Positions 8,937-18,425 of a DNA stretch of 64,000 nucleotides are shown in pieces. The notes beneath the pieces were generated by a model. That model did no database searches and was not told the DNA's origin. It saw only the letters and a list, made by a program, of their open reading frames with translations. Numbering within the stretch: position 1 is the stretch's first letter; each line of letters starts with the position of its first letter. This stretch comes from an uncultured Clostridia bacterium (GTDB taxonomy: Bacteria; Bacillota; Clostridia; Christensenellales; UBA1242). Location of the stretch: assembly GCA_944360075.1 (NCBI GenBank), contig CALVTE010000001.1, positions 117,280 through 181,279 of the forward strand. Direction: 5' to 3'. The position numbers and the translations under genes were made by a program.

Positions 8937-10049
8937 TTAATTCAAAGCAAAATTCACAAGTGAGTAGATTGAAGCAAGTTCTGGCTTGTCTTTTGCAGGC
9001 AGTGGCGGAACGCCATATTTGACGTTTCTACCCAAGCATTTTGCCAGATAATCTCTGCCGCCTTTGATTTTGCTCACTCCTGCCCCTGTCAAAAACACTG
9101 GCAGATAGTTATAGTGAACATTTGAAAAAAGTTGAATGCATTTTGCAACGGCCTGAGCGATTTCGTCAATTCGGTAAGAGACGATTTCGTTTGCGGTGTT
9201 GAGTGGAATTTTTATTGTTTTGCCAAGGTCGGTGGAAAGTTCGTAAAAATCGTTGTTTTTGCCTTTGAGTGAAAGCACAATTTGTTTTTTCAGCCTTTCA
9301 GCTTCGCTCATAGAAAGGTCGAAAGCTTCTGAAAGGTCATTTGTGATAAAGGCGCCGCCCCGCGAGAAACTTGCAAGATTGCTCAAGCCTTGCCCTTTAA
9401 CGAAGCAAGCACTTGTTGTCAAATCGCCGCAGTCAATCAAAAGGCAAGATTCTTCTCTTTCAACAGGAGTGATCACGTAAAGCGCCTGCGCAAGCGGCTC
9501 TGAGATGTATTCCACACTTTCAAAATCGTTTGCAGAAACAATTTTGTTGAACATTTCAATAAAAGAACGGTTTGCATAGATGATTGAAAGCTGGGCTGAA
9601 ATTGAAATTGCATTGTCGCCAATAGGGTCGAAAGAAGCTCTGCCTTCATCGAGAAGATATGAGAGCGGATTGACTGACAAAATTTCAACATTTTTGTCTT
9701 TTGCCCGTTCGCTTGCCGTATAAAAAAGCTGGTCAATATCTTGCTGCTTCACTCTTCTTCGGCTGCCAAGATTGAGCGAAACCGTGCTGACGCTGACAGA
9801 AGAAAATTCTGCCGGCACACCAATATAGACCTTTTTTATACCTTCTTCAAGGCAGTCAAACTCTGCAATGATTTGAGAAAAAAGTGCATTTAACTTTTCT
9901 GGTGCAAGAAAATTTCCTTCATAAAAGCCGTCATAAGCAACTTCTTTATAAGCCTTGACCACAAAAGTGTTGTTAAGCCCCCTGCCAGCCAAGATTGCCC
10001 GCAGAGTGGAAGAGCCAAGTTCAAAAACCAAAACTTTTTCTTTTTTCAT
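8937..10049 (-). CDS. ftsA: Cell division protein FtsA (actin-like ATPase, short form)
   Basis: 370 aa beginning MKKEKVLVFELGSSTLRAILAG, with ...LIDCGDLTTS... and ...GAGVSKIKG. It sits between ftsQ and ftsZ. Confidence 0.8.
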   Translation of the reverse strand: MKKEKVLVFELGSSTLRAILAGRGLNNTFVVKAYKEVAYDGFYEGNFLAPEKLNALFSQIIAEFDCLEEGIKKVYIGVPAEFSSVSVSTVSLNLGSRRRVKQQDIDQLFYTASERAKDKNVEILSVNPLSYLLDEGRASFDPIGDNAISISAQLSIIYANRSFIEMFNKIVSANDFESVEYISEPLAQALYVITPVEREESCLLIDCGDLTTSACFVKGQGLSNLASFSRGGAFITNDLSEAFDLSMSEAERLKKQIVLSLKGKNNDFYELSTDLGKTIKIPLNTANEIVSYRIDEIAQAVAKCIQLFSNVHYNYLPVFLTGAGVSKIKGGRDYLAKCLGRNVKYGVPPLPAKDKPELASIYSLVNFALN

Positions 10050-10235
10050 ACACCACCAACAAATTCAAGAGTGCACAAATGTGCATTTATAGTAATATTT
10101 TAATATATAACTGCAGCAAAGTCAAATTAAAAAGGCGCAAAACAACAATTTTTGCACCAAAACGTTTTAATTCTGCAAAAAGACAACTATTTTATTCATT
10201 TTTGGCATTTTTAATCTTAGTTAGTCTGCCTTTTT

Positions 10236-11087
10236 TTACGGGACAATGTTGAAATAGCACTCGCTTTCATTATGCTCTGAAAAATTGTAGTAGTTGTTCA
10301 CAATGATGGTGCAGCCGTCAAGAATTTCTTTTGTCCAAACTCCGCCCGAGGCAATTTCTTGCCCGATCAGCGAGTAGAGATTTGAATAAACTTGCAAGAA
10401 CATGTCAAGTTTGTATTTCAAGCCATAGCTTGCGTTTTTGATTTGAACGCTTTGCCCGCCAAAAAGCTGGAGAACGGCCGTTGTTTGCGTTTCTTTAATG
10501 TTTTGATCATACTCTTGCACAAATTGGATGGATTTGATAAGCGCCTGCTGCTGGCTAAGCGTTCTGTTGCACTCAAAAAGAGAAGAGTAAACGTCGATAA
10601 AGTTTTCGATTTTAAGATATTGGCCGGGCTGGTAAGAGCTTTCTTCAAAGCTGAGCCCTTGCACCAACATCGCGTTGTCTTGCGTGGAACTAAAATCTTG
10701 CTCTAGCCTCAAAATTCGAAGATTTTGGTCGCAAATAAGAGTTTGCTGGCTGCTGCTGAAGGCGTAAACTTCTTGGCGCTGGGCAAGATGGATGACAAAG
10801 GTGGAAGGAAAAACTGTTTCGATGTTGACAACGTCAAGATATGGCGAAAGGCTTTCGATTTTTTCTTGATAACCTTTTTTGCTGTGGAAAAACACGCTGC
10901 TGCCAAAAGAGAACTGCCCGCCATCGATCAGTTGCTGGTCAGAGAGAGTGACGTTTGCGTGCGAAGTGCGCCAGTCAATCTTGACCGTTTTAAGCGAAAA
11001 GACGGTAAAAGCAAGGGTGACCAAAATGGCCGCCAGCAAAACAACGCTTGAAAGTGAAATTAAAATTTTTTTAATTTTTTTGCTCAT
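10236..11087 (-). CDS. ftsQ: Cell division protein FtsQ/DivIB (POTRA domain)
   Basis: MSKKIKKILISLSSVVLLAAILVTLAF is a membrane anchor, followed by a POTRA-like segment (VKIDWRT...VVNIETVFPSTFVIHLAQRQEVYAF). The ORF-track frame extends to a TTG at 11123. The ATG-initiated start near 11087 is preferred, within about 1-2 nt. Confidence 0.7.
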   Translation of the reverse strand: MSKKIKKILISLSSVVLLAAILVTLAFTVFSLKTVKIDWRTSHANVTLSDQQLIDGGQFSFGSSVFFHSKKGYQEKIESLSPYLDVVNIETVFPSTFVIHLAQRQEVYAFSSSQQTLICDQNLRILRLEQDFSSTQDNAMLVQGLSFEESSYQPGQYLKIENFIDVYSSLFECNRTLSQQQALIKSIQFVQEYDQNIKETQTTAVLQLFGGQSVQIKNASYGLKYKLDMFLQVYSNLYSLIGQEIASGGVWTKEILDGCTIIVNNYYNFSEHNESECYFNIVP

Positions 11088-11139
11088 CAGAGATATTTTA
11101 AAGCATTTTTGCCATAAAACCAAGAAATTTTTGCAAAAT

Positions 11140-12390
11140 TTACAATCTTTTTATGTCGGCACCAAGGCTGGTCAATTTTTGAGCAAGGTTGAAGTAGCCC
11201 CGCTCGATAAACTGAATTTTGCTGACGGTGGTATAGCCTTCGCTGGCAAGGCCGGCAAGCACAAGAGCGGCCCCGCCACGCAAATCGGTGGCAGAAACAT
11301 CGGCTCCGTAGAGTTTTTCTCGCCCGCGGACAATGCAGACAGACTGCTTGAACTTCACATCGCCGCCAAGCTTTAAAAGCTCGCCAACATAGTTAAATCT
11401 CGACTCGAAAACGTTTTCAAAAATCAGACTGCAACCTTTGCAAATGCAGGCAAGCGCAACCATTTGTGGCTGCAAATCGGTGGGAAAGCCGGGATAGACG
11501 GCCGTTTCAATCTCGCCATAGCTTTGCAAACATTTTGGGCTGGAAAGATGCAGCCCTTTTTGGTCAGAAAAAATTTTGCAGCCGCAGTTTTTAAGTTTTT
11601 CAATCAAGGCCTCGTTATGCTTTTCGATTGCATTTTTGATGCAAATTTGTCCGCCCGTCATGGCCGCGCCGATAAGCAGAGTGCCACATTCAATGCGGTC
11701 TGGAATTGCCAAAAACTGGCAGCCGTGCAGCGATTTGACGCCATTTATCGTGATTTGGTCGGTGCCAGCGCCTGTTATGGTCGCTCCGCAGCGGTTTAGA
11801 AAGCAGGCAAGGTCGACAATTTCGGGTTCTTTTGCGGCATTGACGATTTTTGTTTGCTCAGGCAGAAGAGTTGCAAACATCATGATATTTTCAGTCGCGC
11901 CAACGCTTGCAAACTTCAGCATAATGCTTTGATCGGTGGCAGAGCCTTTTTCGCCATAGATATAGCCGTTTTTCTCGATAATTTTGCAGCCCAGTTGTCT
12001 GAGCGAAGAAAGATGAAGGTCGATAGGTCTCAGCCCAATGTCGCACCCACCGGGATAAGCCACTTTGGCCTTGCCCAGCCTTGCCAGCAGCGGCCCAAGG
12101 GTGAAAATTGAAGAGCGCACTGGGCAGGCAAGTTCATGGCAAATTGCGGCCTTATCGATAGTTGAGCCATCAACAAAAAGGCTGCTGCCCTGCCAGCAAA
12201 TTTTGGCGCCAAGGTTTTCAAGAATGTTGCACATGGCAAGCACGTCGGAATATTTTGGCACGCGTTTAAGCTCCACCCTGCCTTCCACCAAAATGCAGGC
12301 GGCAAGAATGGGCAGAAGCGAGTTTTTTGCGCAGTCCAGCACAACCTCTCCATGCAGCGGCCTTCCGCCATTGATAAAAAATTGACTCAT
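11140..12390 (-). CDS. murA: UDP-N-acetylglucosamine 1-carboxyvinyltransferase MurA
   Basis: MSQFFINGGRPLHGEVVLDCAKNSLLPILAA... with the active-site region YPGGCDIGLRPIDLH. It occupies the slot where murB sits in the Bacillus dcw cluster. Confidence 0.93.
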   Translation of the reverse strand: MSQFFINGGRPLHGEVVLDCAKNSLLPILAACILVEGRVELKRVPKYSDVLAMCNILENLGAKICWQGSSLFVDGSTIDKAAICHELACPVRSSIFTLGPLLARLGKAKVAYPGGCDIGLRPIDLHLSSLRQLGCKIIEKNGYIYGEKGSATDQSIMLKFASVGATENIMMFATLLPEQTKIVNAAKEPEIVDLACFLNRCGATITGAGTDQITINGVKSLHGCQFLAIPDRIECGTLLIGAAMTGGQICIKNAIEKHNEALIEKLKNCGCKIFSDQKGLHLSSPKCLQSYGEIETAVYPGFPTDLQPQMVALACICKGCSLIFENVFESRFNYVGELLKLGGDVKFKQSVCIVRGREKLYGADVSATDLRGGAALVLAGLASEGYTTVSKIQFIERGYFNLAQKLTSLGADIKRL

Positions 12391-12459
12391 ATATAAAATA
12401 TATGAGCCTTTTTGGTCTGCTGCCAACAAAAAAGAAATGCAAAAAGTGCGAGTTTTGTC

Positions 12460-12485
12460 AAAAAAAGGAAGAAAAAGCTCTTCCT
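12460..12485 (-). terminator. Rho-independent terminator after the 725-aa orphan gene
   Basis: On the minus strand: AGGAAGA-gctttt-TCTTCCT followed by a T7 run. Confidence 0.55.
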
Positions 12486-12486
12486 T

Positions 12487-14664
12487 TTAAACTGTTGCTG
12501 CGGTGATGCCAGTATAGAACTTGTAGTTTGTGCTGGTGTCGCCTGCTCGTTTGATCACGCGGTAAGTCACTTCCAGATAGTCGCAGCCGTCATCGCCCAT
12601 AAATTTTTCTGGGTTGAGTTGCCCTGCCAAATAGGTTTGGCCTGCAGCGATTTGCTCTTCGGTCGGCTCCAAAATTTCGTAGTAATCTTTGACCGAACTC
12701 AGCCCGTTGATAACGATTGGGTCATTTGAAACAATCGGATTGCCGCGATAGCCATTTTGTCCAACATCAGTTTTCAAAATGCCGCCGCCGATGTCTGTGT
12801 TGAAGGCCCTCACAATCAAATCGTCTGACGTGATAGATTCCTCCCATCCAAAGTTCACCACTTGCGAGAAGGTGATTCCTGCCTTCTCTGATGCCTCGTC
12901 AAGATTTGTGTCTTCAAGCACGCTGACAAGTTTTCCGTCTGGCACATTGACAGTTTTAGTGTCCACCGAAATGCGCTGCTTGGTCTGGTGATTGAAATAG
13001 TTGAGCCCAATTTCAATGGTCAAATATCTGGTGTGGTCAAAAGGCTCGCCTGTGCGAGTTTGATAGCCGTCAAGGTCAGCGTCATACTGCAGCGCAACCG
13101 ACACCATGCCGATTTTAACATTATCTTTAAACATGAAAACGGCGCTTTGATATTCAAGCGGTTTTACAGCCATTGCTGCCTGCGGCGAAGAAAAATCTTC
13201 AAAGTATGGGAAAGGATCATCGCCACCACCAGCTGAGAATGAATTGCCCATATATTCCATCACTTCAGATGCCAAATATCGATCGTCAACATCAATCTGC
13301 CCGTCATCGTCAGAGCCTATCGTGACGTCGTCGCACACCTTGTCCACCAAGTTGACAATGGTGTCTCCATATTCTCGACCAACCTTTGTTGTTGACGAGG
13401 TTGCTTTAGGCACCTCGTCTTCTGGTAATTCTACCTCAATTTCAAGCTCTTGCAAAATTGCTTTTGCTTCATCTTCACTTGTTGCCACAAAGGTGATGGT
13501 TGTTCCTTCTGCGTCTGTGTAAGAAATCTGCGTTGCGCCGATATATTCAGTCACGCTGTCGTTTTGCATGGCTGCTGAGCCAATCACATTTTCAAGAATC
13601 CAATTTGCAATCTTTTCTTTGTTGCGCTCGGCCACACCAACGTATGAGCCAAGTTTTTCAAAAACTGCTTTGATTTGCTCTAGTGCTTGGTCAGCCGAAA
13701 GTTCAATCTGCTGACCATTGCTTGTTTCAACCACCTTGACGGAATAATATTTTGTGACCCCCTCTTGCGTGGTTGTCATCACCGGCTCAACAATCACCTG
13801 CCCAGGTGTCAAATCAAGGCTGTAGCAATAAATCACATACTCCAGCGCCTTGACAAAGTCGGAATAATCCTGATATAGATAATCGTCAGTTGCGCCGATA
13901 TATGTTTCAAGGTAGTTTTCAGTAACATCTGCTCTAGTATAATATAGAGAAAACAAATCTTGATAATCTTGACTAAACCTTGTGGTAATTCTGTCGTCTG
14001 TGTTAGATATAATTATTGCATTTTCATTTTCATATAAATACGGGCGTCGTGTTGCGTCATCTTCATCAATCGCAAAACTCCAATTCCAAGCATTATCAAG
14101 ATTTGCTGACAAGGCAATATATTGCTCGGTTTCACCCAAATCAACAGGCTCTGACCAAGAAGAGCCATCAAATGCAATTTGTTGAGTCACTGTTAAACGC
14201 TTATCCACCTGATATCTTATGCTGTCATATAGATATGGCAAAGTGTCTGTGTTGAAGGTATAATATCTTTCGTCATCATACGGGTCATCTGGATTGTTTT
14301 TATCTATGATTAAAAGTTCTGCCTCTTGATCAGACACCCCGTAAATCAATTCCAGCCTTCCTAAAATCTGCCAAGCATATTTGCCATAGTAATCGTTTTC
14401 TTCTTCCTGCGTGCCGCCCGAGTTGCCACTATAGTCATAGCTTTCTGGCCGATAAAGCACCTTGGTGCCATAAAGCTGCGCTGACTCTTGAGATTTGGCA
14501 AGCTCTTGATAATATTCATCTTCAGAAATTTCGCCTGATTGAAATCTGTTCCATAAATCTGAAAAATAGTCAAGCCCATCGCCCACGCCAAAACAACCTG
14601 TGCCAAGCACGCACATGCAAAGCACAATCACCATACTAAAAATTTTGGCAAAGATTTTTTTCAT
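12487..14664 (-). CDS. Hypothetical large acidic secreted protein or lipoprotein (725 aa)
   Basis: MKKIFAKIFSMVIVLCMCVLGTGCFGV is a signal peptide with Cys candidates. The rest is D/E/Y-rich with no motif I recognise. The start at 14664 is chosen because the upstream TTG extension lies inside a terminator hairpin. Confidence 0.6.
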   Translation of the reverse strand: MKKIFAKIFSMVIVLCMCVLGTGCFGVGDGLDYFSDLWNRFQSGEISEDEYYQELAKSQESAQLYGTKVLYRPESYDYSGNSGGTQEEENDYYGKYAWQILGRLELIYGVSDQEAELLIIDKNNPDDPYDDERYYTFNTDTLPYLYDSIRYQVDKRLTVTQQIAFDGSSWSEPVDLGETEQYIALSANLDNAWNWSFAIDEDDATRRPYLYENENAIIISNTDDRITTRFSQDYQDLFSLYYTRADVTENYLETYIGATDDYLYQDYSDFVKALEYVIYCYSLDLTPGQVIVEPVMTTTQEGVTKYYSVKVVETSNGQQIELSADQALEQIKAVFEKLGSYVGVAERNKEKIANWILENVIGSAAMQNDSVTEYIGATQISYTDAEGTTITFVATSEDEAKAILQELEIEVELPEDEVPKATSSTTKVGREYGDTIVNLVDKVCDDVTIGSDDDGQIDVDDRYLASEVMEYMGNSFSAGGGDDPFPYFEDFSSPQAAMAVKPLEYQSAVFMFKDNVKIGMVSVALQYDADLDGYQTRTGEPFDHTRYLTIEIGLNYFNHQTKQRISVDTKTVNVPDGKLVSVLEDTNLDEASEKAGITFSQVVNFGWEESITSDDLIVRAFNTDIGGGILKTDVGQNGYRGNPIVSNDPIVINGLSSVKDYYEILEPTEEQIAAGQTYLAGQLNPEKFMGDDGCDYLEVTYRVIKRAGDTSTNYKFYTGITAATV

Positions 14665-14670
14665 AACCTT

Positions 14671-14699
14671 ATTATATCCTTTTTTCTTGCAAAAATCAA
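14671..14699 (-). promoter_or_regulatory. Near-consensus sigma-A promoter TTGATT-N17-TATAAT, only 6 nt from the ATG of the 725-aa gene
   Basis: The minus strand reads ...gTTGATTtttgcaagaaaaaaggaTATAATaaggttATG. Confidence 0.5.
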
Positions 14700-14710
14700 C
14701 TTTTTCCGTC

Positions 14711-14744
14711 AAAAAAAAGATTGAGCGCGCTCAATCTTTTTTTT
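14711..14744. terminator. Perfect palindromic bidirectional terminator after the 623-aa orphan gene
   Basis: AAAAAAAAGATTGAGCGCGCTCAATCTTTTTTTT: a 10-bp stem flanked by A8 and T8. Confidence 0.65.
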
Positions 14745-16615
14745 CAGTTTGTTTCTTCTGCTTCTGCTTGAGGTATTGCATACTCAGTGATATCGCTTTG
14801 ATATTCCAGCATTATATCACTCTCTGGAATAATTTTTTCAACACCGCGGTCTGAGATTCTAAATTGACCATCTGATATTGCCCTTTTGATTTCCTCGATT
14901 ATTGGCTTATAAGAAGTTCTTGAATCATCAAAAATAAACTCAAAGTTATATAACTGATTGTTATCCAGATCAACTGCTTTAATAACTACGTCGTAAACAG
15001 ACCCAAAATCAGACGTTGTCCCGCTGCGGCCTTGCACTGAAACAAAGCTTAGTTTGCTCTCTTGCCCGATTTTGCCTGCTGCCACAGCCAGCGGCATGCA
15101 AAGTTTGAAGAAATCAAGGTCTTCTTGATCTGAAATTTCTGCTGCTGCGTCATAACCAAACGCAAGCGAATAAGAACTTTCTTGGCTTGCCAATTCAATT
15201 TGACTTAGGTCAATCAAATATTCTGCGTTGTTGATATTTATATAAATTGAATTTTGATTGTAAGCAGGGCCGTCTTTAACAGGCTTTGCCACAACACTCG
15301 CAAGTGAGATTGGCTGCTTTAAGGTAAAATCACCTCCCCTTAACATTCGAGAATCTTCTGTTGGATAGCCCTTTCTCACGCCGAGAATGTTGACTGAAAC
15401 GATTTTGCCATCTTGAAGGTCAAACCCCCATTTAAGCAAATCAATCGTGCCGTTTGAAAGGTCGGCGACTGTCATGCTATTGCCATAAATTCGTTTAACC
15501 ATAGTTTCTGTCAGCAAGTTGTCTTGCAAAGTCTTCACAATGGCGTCTTTGACTTTTCCATTTTCAAGCTCAAACACTTCTTGCCAACTGTCAAAAGTGA
15601 TTGGCTCAAGTTCTGGCTTATCTGGCGGATCAACTTCCCCGCCCGAATCTTTTTCAGCCACTTCAAGTTCAACTGAGTTGGTGTCAAAGTTTTCAACTTG
15701 ATATAGTTTTGTAAAGTCAGACTGCTCAAGCACTGTTGGAGTTTTTTTGCTGATTGTTGCTTTTTCTGCTTGCAGTTGTTCTTCAGCTGCTGCGCGGTCA
15801 AGGTTGCCGTTTGCCGTCACGTCGCCTTCAAAAACAATGCTTCCGCCCTCAATCTTTTTTTCTTGGCCAAGGCTAAGATAAGAATATGTGGCTGTTGTTT
15901 GATCTTTTGCCCTGTCATATTCGAGCTTAAGGGTTGGCAGGTGGGCGGTTTGGTCTTTTTCAATCACAAAGCCGAGCAGAGTTTTAAAGTCTTGTTTGCC
16001 CACTTCGTCAAGGTCAGTTTGAAGGTCAAATTCCGTCTGCTGAACTGACAAAATTGCATTTTCGATTTTTTCTTCTGCCTTTGTGGTGTCAAGCACTGCC
16101 AGCGAGCCGTCTGCCTGCGGGATTGGCACAATCCCCGGCTTTGACAGGTCAACTTCTTGCTCCTGCCCATTTTGATAGAAAGAAAGAGTGTTGCCTTCTT
16201 TCAAATATGTGTTGTATTCATAAATTTTTCCGTCAAAATCTTTTGCCGTCAAATCAAGTTCGGTTGTTGCTTTTTTAAGAATGCCATCTTCCACAAAAAT
16301 TGCCACCACTTTGCCTGTGCCGTTTGCGTTTTGGCAAGCAAGGCTGACAAGGCCGTCGCCAAACTTTTGTTTTGCCTGCTCTTCCACCAAAGCAGCCACC
16401 GAAAACTTGTCACCAAGCATATTTTCAATTTGTGCAAGCGAGTCAATTTGCTCGGTTTCAACTTCCACCTTTTCAACTTCGCAGGCCACAAAGGTTGTGC
16501 CCATCACCAGTGGAGCGCCAAAGGTTGCTATCTTCCACCCATCTGTTTTGAGCCAGCCTCTAAATTCCTGAATATGGCTTGAAAGCCATGCTTTGACCAG
16601 GTCTAATTTTCTCAT
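14744..16615 (-). CDS. Hypothetical large acidic exported or membrane-anchored protein (623 aa)
   Basis: The N-terminus ...WKIATFGAPLVMGTTFVACEVEK has a hydrophobic segment ending in a Cys. The remainder is E/D/K-rich with no recognisable motif. Confidence 0.6.
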   Translation of the reverse strand: MRKLDLVKAWLSSHIQEFRGWLKTDGWKIATFGAPLVMGTTFVACEVEKVEVETEQIDSLAQIENMLGDKFSVAALVEEQAKQKFGDGLVSLACQNANGTGKVVAIFVEDGILKKATTELDLTAKDFDGKIYEYNTYLKEGNTLSFYQNGQEQEVDLSKPGIVPIPQADGSLAVLDTTKAEEKIENAILSVQQTEFDLQTDLDEVGKQDFKTLLGFVIEKDQTAHLPTLKLEYDRAKDQTTATYSYLSLGQEKKIEGGSIVFEGDVTANGNLDRAAAEEQLQAEKATISKKTPTVLEQSDFTKLYQVENFDTNSVELEVAEKDSGGEVDPPDKPELEPITFDSWQEVFELENGKVKDAIVKTLQDNLLTETMVKRIYGNSMTVADLSNGTIDLLKWGFDLQDGKIVSVNILGVRKGYPTEDSRMLRGGDFTLKQPISLASVVAKPVKDGPAYNQNSIYININNAEYLIDLSQIELASQESSYSLAFGYDAAAEISDQEDLDFFKLCMPLAVAAGKIGQESKLSFVSVQGRSGTTSDFGSVYDVVIKAVDLDNNQLYNFEFIFDDSRTSYKPIIEEIKRAISDGQFRISDRGVEKIIPESDIMLEYQSDITEYAIPQAEAEETN

Positions 16616-16640
16616 ATGTCACCTTCCCTATCTTTTTTTT

Positions 16641-16668
16641 ATTTTATCACAAAATTTTATATTTTCAA
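16641..16668 (-). promoter_or_regulatory. Candidate sigma-A promoter for the 623-aa gene (TTGAAA-N16-TGaTAAAAT)
   Basis: The minus strand reads TTGAAAatataaaattttgTGaTAAAAT, followed by a GGAAGGTG RBS. Confidence 0.4.
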
Positions 16669-16706
16669 TAGTCTTTTTTCAAATTTTTTCAAAAAACTTA
16701 AAACGG

Positions 16707-17249
16707 TCACGAGTTTTCCCATTCAATCTTTTGCCTTGCCGCCTTCGACCTTTTCATGCCAACGTGCATGATTTGAAAAAACTTTTGCACCGTTTGGTTT
16801 TTTTCAAACTGACTGCCGCAAAGTTCGTTTTCAATCAACCGCGTGTCCATAAGCACGATTTTTGGAAAATAAAACAACTTTTTCCGCCCAAAAATCCGCT
16901 TTCTGCAAAAGACGATTGCTTGGTAGAGATTTTCTTTGAGTTTGTTATAGTTATATTTTGTGGAATAGTCAAAAACCTCTTCTCGCAAAGCCTGGTAGTC
17001 GCCAAATTTTTCCACCAGTTTGCCGCACACCATTTTTTTCTGCATCATGGCTCGCCTTAAATCGCCCTGCCCTGTCAAAAGCAAAACAAACCCGTTTTCC
17101 ACCGTGGGAACTTTGCCCATTTGCAAGCATAAATTTTCAAGCGCTTTCAGTCTTTTTACCGTAAACTCATATTTTTCTTGCAAAATGCGTTTGTTTTCCA
17201 AAAGCAAGTCAAGCCGCTCAAGCTCGTCGCTGATAAGTCTGCCTGTCAT
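16707..17249 (-). CDS. Hypothetical cytoplasmic protein (180 aa)
   Basis: An AAGGAG RBS lies 7 nt before the ATG at 17249 (MTGRLISDELERLDLLLENKR...). There is no TM segment or signal peptide, and I recognise no family. Confidence 0.5.
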   Translation of the reverse strand: MTGRLISDELERLDLLLENKRILQEKYEFTVKRLKALENLCLQMGKVPTVENGFVLLLTGQGDLRRAMMQKKMVCGKLVEKFGDYQALREEVFDYSTKYNYNKLKENLYQAIVFCRKRIFGRKKLFYFPKIVLMDTRLIENELCGSQFEKNQTVQKFFQIMHVGMKRSKAARQKIEWENS

Positions 17250-17291
17250 AATTTCTCCTTGCAAACATTTTAGCACAGCAGCATAAACTTG

Positions 17292-18425
17292 TCAACAGCC
17301 TTTTTTCCCTATCACTTTGTAGTCTTGCCCCTGACTTTGCCTAAGCACATTCAAACATATGCCAATGCCCGCCATAAACACACTCACCGAAGTGCCGCCA
17401 CTTGAGATAAAGGGCAGCGGAAGCCCTGTTGGCGGAATTGAACCTGTGACCACCGCTATATTCAAAAGCGTTTGCACCCCTATTATGAAAGCCACACCGC
17501 TGACAAGCATTGCGCCAAAGCGGTCTTTTGCACCAAGCGCAATTTTGATTAAGTTGAGAATAAGAAGATAAAAAACAAACATAAGGGCGCACACGCCCAC
17601 AAAGCCAATCTCTTCGCCAATGATGGACAAAATAAAGTCTGACTCGGCAAAGGGCAAAAAAAGATACTTTTGTCTGGAACAAAACAGCCCCACTCCAAAA
17701 AAACCACCACTGCCAAGGCTATAAAGCGACTGAATAAGCTGAAAACCCTCCCCTTGCGGTGACGCCCAAGGGTCAATAAAAGCCATAAGTCTGCGCAGGC
17801 GATAAGGCTCAAGCACCACAAGCAGAGGCACCACTGCCGCTGCTGGCAACGAAAACATAAGGGTGTGCTTTTTGCTTATGCCGCCAATGATAAGCATAAA
17901 AAGCGTGACAAAAGCAAGGCACATGGTCACGCTCATGCTGGGCTCAAGCATGGTCAGAAGGCAGATGATTCCGCCCACACCAAGCACCGGCAAAAGCCCT
18001 TTGAAGGTTTTGACCTTGTCGTGATTGTCTGACATATACCCTGCTATAAAAATCACAAGGGCAAACTTGGCAATTTCTGACGGCTGAATGGAAAAACCGA
18101 GAATGGAAATCCACCGCTTTGCACCATAGCTTTCTATGCCAAGCCCGGGCACGAACACTGCCGCCAAAAGCACCACTGCCCCTGCCACAATCCACAGCCT
18201 ATATTTTTTGTAGATATGATAGTCAACATGGCTTAAAACCGCCATCATCACCACGCCCAGCACCACACCCATAATCTGCTTGAGCAAAAAGAAATAGCGG
18301 TTGCCATAGTGGTATTCTGCACTGTAAAAACTGGCGCTGTAAACCATCAGACACCCAAAACAAGCAAGTGCCAAAACAAGAAAACAAATCCAGCAAATTT
18401 TTCTATTGCATTTCGATTTTGTCAT
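17292..18425 (-). CDS. ftsW: SEDS family peptidoglycan polymerase FtsW/SpoVE
   Basis: 10-TM SEDS pattern (...SEIAKFALVIFIAGY...ESDFILSIIGEEIGF...PPTGLPLPFISSGGTS). It lies after murD, and its start overlaps the murD stop by 23 nt. Confidence 0.9.
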   Translation of the reverse strand: MTKSKCNRKICWICFLVLALACFGCLMVYSASFYSAEYHYGNRYFFLLKQIMGVVLGVVMMAVLSHVDYHIYKKYRLWIVAGAVVLLAAVFVPGLGIESYGAKRWISILGFSIQPSEIAKFALVIFIAGYMSDNHDKVKTFKGLLPVLGVGGIICLLTMLEPSMSVTMCLAFVTLFMLIIGGISKKHTLMFSLPAAAVVPLLVVLEPYRLRRLMAFIDPWASPQGEGFQLIQSLYSLGSGGFFGVGLFCSRQKYLFLPFAESDFILSIIGEEIGFVGVCALMFVFYLLILNLIKIALGAKDRFGAMLVSGVAFIIGVQTLLNIAVVTGSIPPTGLPLPFISSGGTSVSVFMAGIGICLNVLRQSQGQDYKVIGKKGC

